This document shows, piece by piece, positions 44,303-47,276 of a stretch of DNA of 47,276 nucleotides. Numbering within the stretch: the stretch's first letter is position 1; each line of letters begins with the position of its first letter. The DNA comes from a virus. Its lineage: Duplodnaviria; Caudoviricetes. The notes beneath the pieces are model-generated. The model was not told the DNA's origin and did no database searches. It saw only the letters and a program-made list of their open reading frames with translations. The stretch lies in IMG/VR virus record IMGVR_UViG_3300038379_000405, positions 1 through 47,276 of that record. The stretch is one strand, 5' to 3'. The position numbers and the translations under genes were made by a program.

Positions 44303-46111
44303 ATGGCGCTGACACCGGACACCCTCCTCACCCCCGACACGTTCCTCACCCCCGACGGTGAGGTCGTCACCCCGGTGGAGGTGACGTTCACCGCCACCGG
44401 TGACCTCACGTTCGTCCCGGAAGAGGTGTACGTCAACGCCGACCTGGTGTTCAGCGGGTGGGCGACCGGTGCGGCCACCCCCGAGGATGCGGTGCTGGCC
44501 GGCTCATCCGCCGGGAGCCAGGACCGCCGCCCCCAGGTGGTGGTCCTGTTGAGGGCGGCGGACGGCGACTGGTTGTCGGTCGGCACCGACGCCGCCGCCG
44601 GTGTGTTCCCCGAACAGGTGACGACGTCGGCGAACGAGTCGGGGCCGGACACCTGCTCGTTCGTGTTGCGCCGCCGCACGGGGTTGGGGTGGCCGGACCT
44701 CACCGCCTTCAACCAGGCGGAGATCCTGGTGGACGGGTCACCCGTGTGGGGTGGCCGGGTGTGGGAGGCGCCCCTGTCGAGCGGCGGGGAGGATGTCATC
44801 GCCGTCCAAGGCCGCGGGTGGCAGTACCACCTGGACGACGACGTCATCGCCCGCGTCTACGCGAACACCGACATGACCCGGTACCGCCGGCACCAGGAGG
44901 CGGACCCAACCTCCGACCTCACCCTCCACACCGCCGGCGCGGACATCCAGGTGGGGAGGGGGCTCATCGCCCTCCGGTGGCCGGCGGGGTACACCGTCGC
45001 CCTCAACCACGTCATCCACATCATCTTCGACGCGGGGGTCGCCCGCCTGCGCCGCGCCGTCGTCACCTGGGAGCGGATCGGGGTGAGCGCCGGGGACATC
45101 ACCCTCTACAGCCGCGGCTCCGACCTGGTGTCGGGGGCGTCGGGGGATGACGGCACCGCCGTCCAATCATCCGCGTCGGGGACGATCAGCCACACGTTCA
45201 GCCAGAACCGCCGCTACCACCACGTGTTCCTCTACTACGGTGGGGCGGGTGGCGCGTTCGGCGTCGACCAGGGCGTGCGGATCACCGCGATCAACACGTT
45301 CGGGTCCGCCTCCTGGGAATCGGGGGGGGTGTCGGTCCTCACCTCCGACGACGTCATCGGCGACGTCCTCTCCAGCGGTGCCGTGCCCCTCCTGTCCACC
45401 GACACCAGCCTCATCGCCGCCGGGTCGTTCGCGATCCCCGACCTCGCCCCCAACGGATACCAGACGCCCCGCCAGCTGATCGCCGCCGCCAACGCCTATG
45501 AGGGGAACTTGGTTGGTGTTGACGCCCAACGTGTCATGTTCAGCCGCGAACGGGACACCACCGCGACGGTGGAGGCGAACCCCACCGGCGGGTTCAACTT
45601 CCAGGACGCCACCACCAACTCGGCGGAGGAGCTCTACAACCGGGTGGTCGTCCAGGGCGCCGCCCCAGACGGCACCCCCGTCCTGGAGGTTCGGACCGCC
45701 ACCAGTGGCCTGCTCGAGCGGCAGGGGTTCACCCGCACCGCCACCCTCAACGTGTCGTCCCCCGTCACCGCCGCCGCCGCCCAGGTGTTGGGTGACGTGT
45801 GGCTCGCCCAGTATTCCCAGCCGAAGTTCAAGGGGACCGCCACCTTCCAGGGCCACGGGTCCGTCCGCCTCACCAACGGCGGCGGCATCCACCCCTCCCA
45901 GCTCGTCCTGTTCGCCGGCCGCCTCATCCGCATCCCGATCGTCGACCCGGCGACGGGGGCGTGGACGCGGGACTGCCTCATCAAAGCCGTCCGCTACGAC
46001 CATGACTCCGAGACGGCGGTGGTGGAACTCGACAACGAACGGGGGAACTTCGCGACGTTGCTCGAGCGGTACGGCGTCGATGTCGGCCAGGCGTTGGCGA
46101 GGACCGGGTGA
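44303..46111 (+). CDS. Minor tail protein (allele 2)
   Basis: 602 aa, colinear with 466..2274. Confidence 0.65.
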   Translation: MALTPDTLLTPDTFLTPDGEVVTPVEVTFTATGDLTFVPEEVYVNADLVFSGWATGAATPEDAVLAGSSAGSQDRRPQVVVLLRAADGDWLSVGTDAAAGVFPEQVTTSANESGPDTCSFVLRRRTGLGWPDLTAFNQAEILVDGSPVWGGRVWEAPLSSGGEDVIAVQGRGWQYHLDDDVIARVYANTDMTRYRRHQEADPTSDLTLHTAGADIQVGRGLIALRWPAGYTVALNHVIHIIFDAGVARLRRAVVTWERIGVSAGDITLYSRGSDLVSGASGDDGTAVQSSASGTISHTFSQNRRYHHVFLYYGGAGGAFGVDQGVRITAINTFGSASWESGGVSVLTSDDVIGDVLSSGAVPLLSTDTSLIAAGSFAIPDLAPNGYQTPRQLIAAANAYEGNLVGVDAQRVMFSRERDTTATVEANPTGGFNFQDATTNSAEELYNRVVVQGAAPDGTPVLEVRTATSGLLERQGFTRTATLNVSSPVTAAAAQVLGDVWLAQYSQPKFKGTATFQGHGSVRLTNGGGIHPSQLVLFAGRLIRIPIVDPATGAWTRDCLIKAVRYDHDSETAVVELDNERGNFATLLERYGVDVGQALARTG

Positions 46112-46155
46112 CCACTGCACGTTATGCCGCGGTGAGCGGTGGGGCGGCCCGGTGA

Positions 46156-46389
46156 ATGGACGACCCCAGGGACAAGTGGTTCAAACCACCGCCACCCGAG
46201 CGGCGGCGGATGCCGGGATACGACGTTCTGTGGAAGCGGGTCACCCAGGCGGTCGGCCTGCTGATCGCGGTCCTGGAGGTCACCCTCTCGGCGGCGGGGG
46301 GGATGCCGGCGGACCAGAACGTCCTCCTGTTAGCGGCGATGCTGATCGGCCTGCCCCTCGCCGCACGCCGTGGTGGAGGCGACACCTGA
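46156..46389 (+). CDS. Small membrane protein (allele 2)
   Basis: Homolog of 2319..2555. Confidence 0.65.
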   Translation: MDDPRDKWFKPPPPERRRMPGYDVLWKRVTQAVGLLIAVLEVTLSAAGGMPADQNVLLLAAMLIGLPLAARRGGGDT

Positions 46390-46462
46390 CCCTCATCGCC
46401 TACCTCGCGGTGTTCGCCGTCGCCCAGGCCGTCGTCGTCCTCCACCGGATGGGGGTGGTCCT

Positions 46463-46810
46463 GTGAGGAAACCATCGTCCCGCGCGGTCGACCTGTCAGC
46501 CCACGTCGTCGGCGTCGTCGCCCTCCTCGCGATCCTCGCGGTCACCGTGTTCGGCACCGTCAAAGACAACAGCCAGGACGCCCGGGACCGTGACATCGCC
46601 TGCGCGAACGTCCAGTTCAGCGTCCGCCTCGTCACCTACTTCCAGGGGCGCCTCGACCGCGTCGACGAGCGCATCGGCACCGCGAGGGAACAGCCGATCG
46701 ACCGTGAGGACCGGCGGCGGCTCCTCATCCTCCTCGCCGCCTCCAAGGGCCTCGGTGACGACATCGGCGACGCCTGCGGCCCACTCCCCCAACTCGACAA
46801 GGAACCCTGA
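46463..46810 (+). CDS. Membrane-anchored helical protein, lysis region (intact allele)
   Basis: 115 aa, N-terminal TM, two Cys; stop abuts endolysin ATG. Confidence 0.65.
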   Translation: MRKPSSRAVDLSAHVVGVVALLAILAVTVFGTVKDNSQDARDRDIACANVQFSVRLVTYFQGRLDRVDERIGTAREQPIDREDRRRLLILLAASKGLGDDIGDACGPLPQLDKEP

Positions 46811-47276
46811 ATGCATACGTACCGGTCGCTTCCCGCGGCCCACGACAGCGGCCCCCGGCCGGCACCACCCACACTGGTCGTCGTCCACTGCACCCAAGGC
46901 GCCACCGCCGAAGGCGCCGCCCGCTGGTTCGCGAACCCCCGCAGCGCTGGGTCAGCCCACCTCGTCGTCGACGACTTCGAGGTGTGGCGATGCGTCGATG
47001 ACATGGTGATCGCGTGGCACGCCATCGGTCACAACACCATCGGGTTGGGGTTGGAGATCGTCGGGTTCGCGTCCTGGAATCGGGATGAGTGGATGGCCCA
47101 CCAGCCGCGACTCACCGAGTCGGCCCGCATCCACGCCGGGTGGAACCGCAAGTACGGGATCCCCCTCGAGGAGTCCACCAGCCGCGGCTACCACAGCCAC
47201 GCCGGCCTCCCCGGCAACACCCATTGGGACCCCGGCCCCAACTTCCCATGGGACTTCTATCTCGGGGAGGTCCGCC
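46811..47276 (+). CDS. Endolysin amidase (allele 2, truncated by window end)
   Basis: Colinear with 2978-3443. Confidence 0.85.
   Translation, partial: MHTYRSLPAAHDSGPRPAPPTLVVVHCTQGATAEGAARWFANPRSAGSAHLVVDDFEVWRCVDDMVIAWHAIGHNTIGLGLEIVGFASWNRDEWMAHQPRLTESARIHAGWNRKYGIPLEESTSRGYHSHAGLPGNTHWDPGPNFPWDFYLGEVR

Larger units (their letters stand above)
43838..47276. repeat. Diverged direct terminal repeat, copy 2
   Basis: Colinear with 1-3443. Confidence 0.95.

Noticed and set aside
1-47276. tRNA, integrase/att site, DNA polymerase, helicase/primase, IS elements
   Set aside because: No recognisable motifs by eye; absence should be confirmed with tRNAscan-SE and HMM searches

Overview
High-GC (roughly 70% by eye) tailed dsDNA phage, probably infecting an actinobacterium, that appears complete: about 43.8 kb of unique sequence plus a ~3.4 kb diverged terminal duplication (1-3443 vs 43838-47276, identical only in the outer 122 and 107 nt). 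Gene order is almost entirely + strand: tail tip and lysis (amidase endolysin, holin); XRE HTH; RecE/RecT-like recombination; three DNA methyltransferases and a VRR-NUC; a small inverted two-gene cassette with its own promoter; accessory genes; replication initiator; HNH, TerS, TerL, portal, protease and HK97-type capsid; a glycosyltransferase and fibre/spike block; then head-tail, tail tube, chaperone, tape measure and minor tail genes. I recognised no integrase, DNA polymerase, tRNA or canonical CRISPR array. The standout is 15962-17304: a stand-alone Cas7/RAMP-like gene, a 59-aa ORF, and a ~530-nt non-coding array of about 90 in-register GGC-NN pentamers in seven blocks, each closed by GGCYCCCC. 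This looks like a phage RNA-guided system whose information lies in the variable dinucleotides, and it resembles my unverified recollection of recently reported VIPR systems. All product calls come from motif recognition by eye; no database searches were run.
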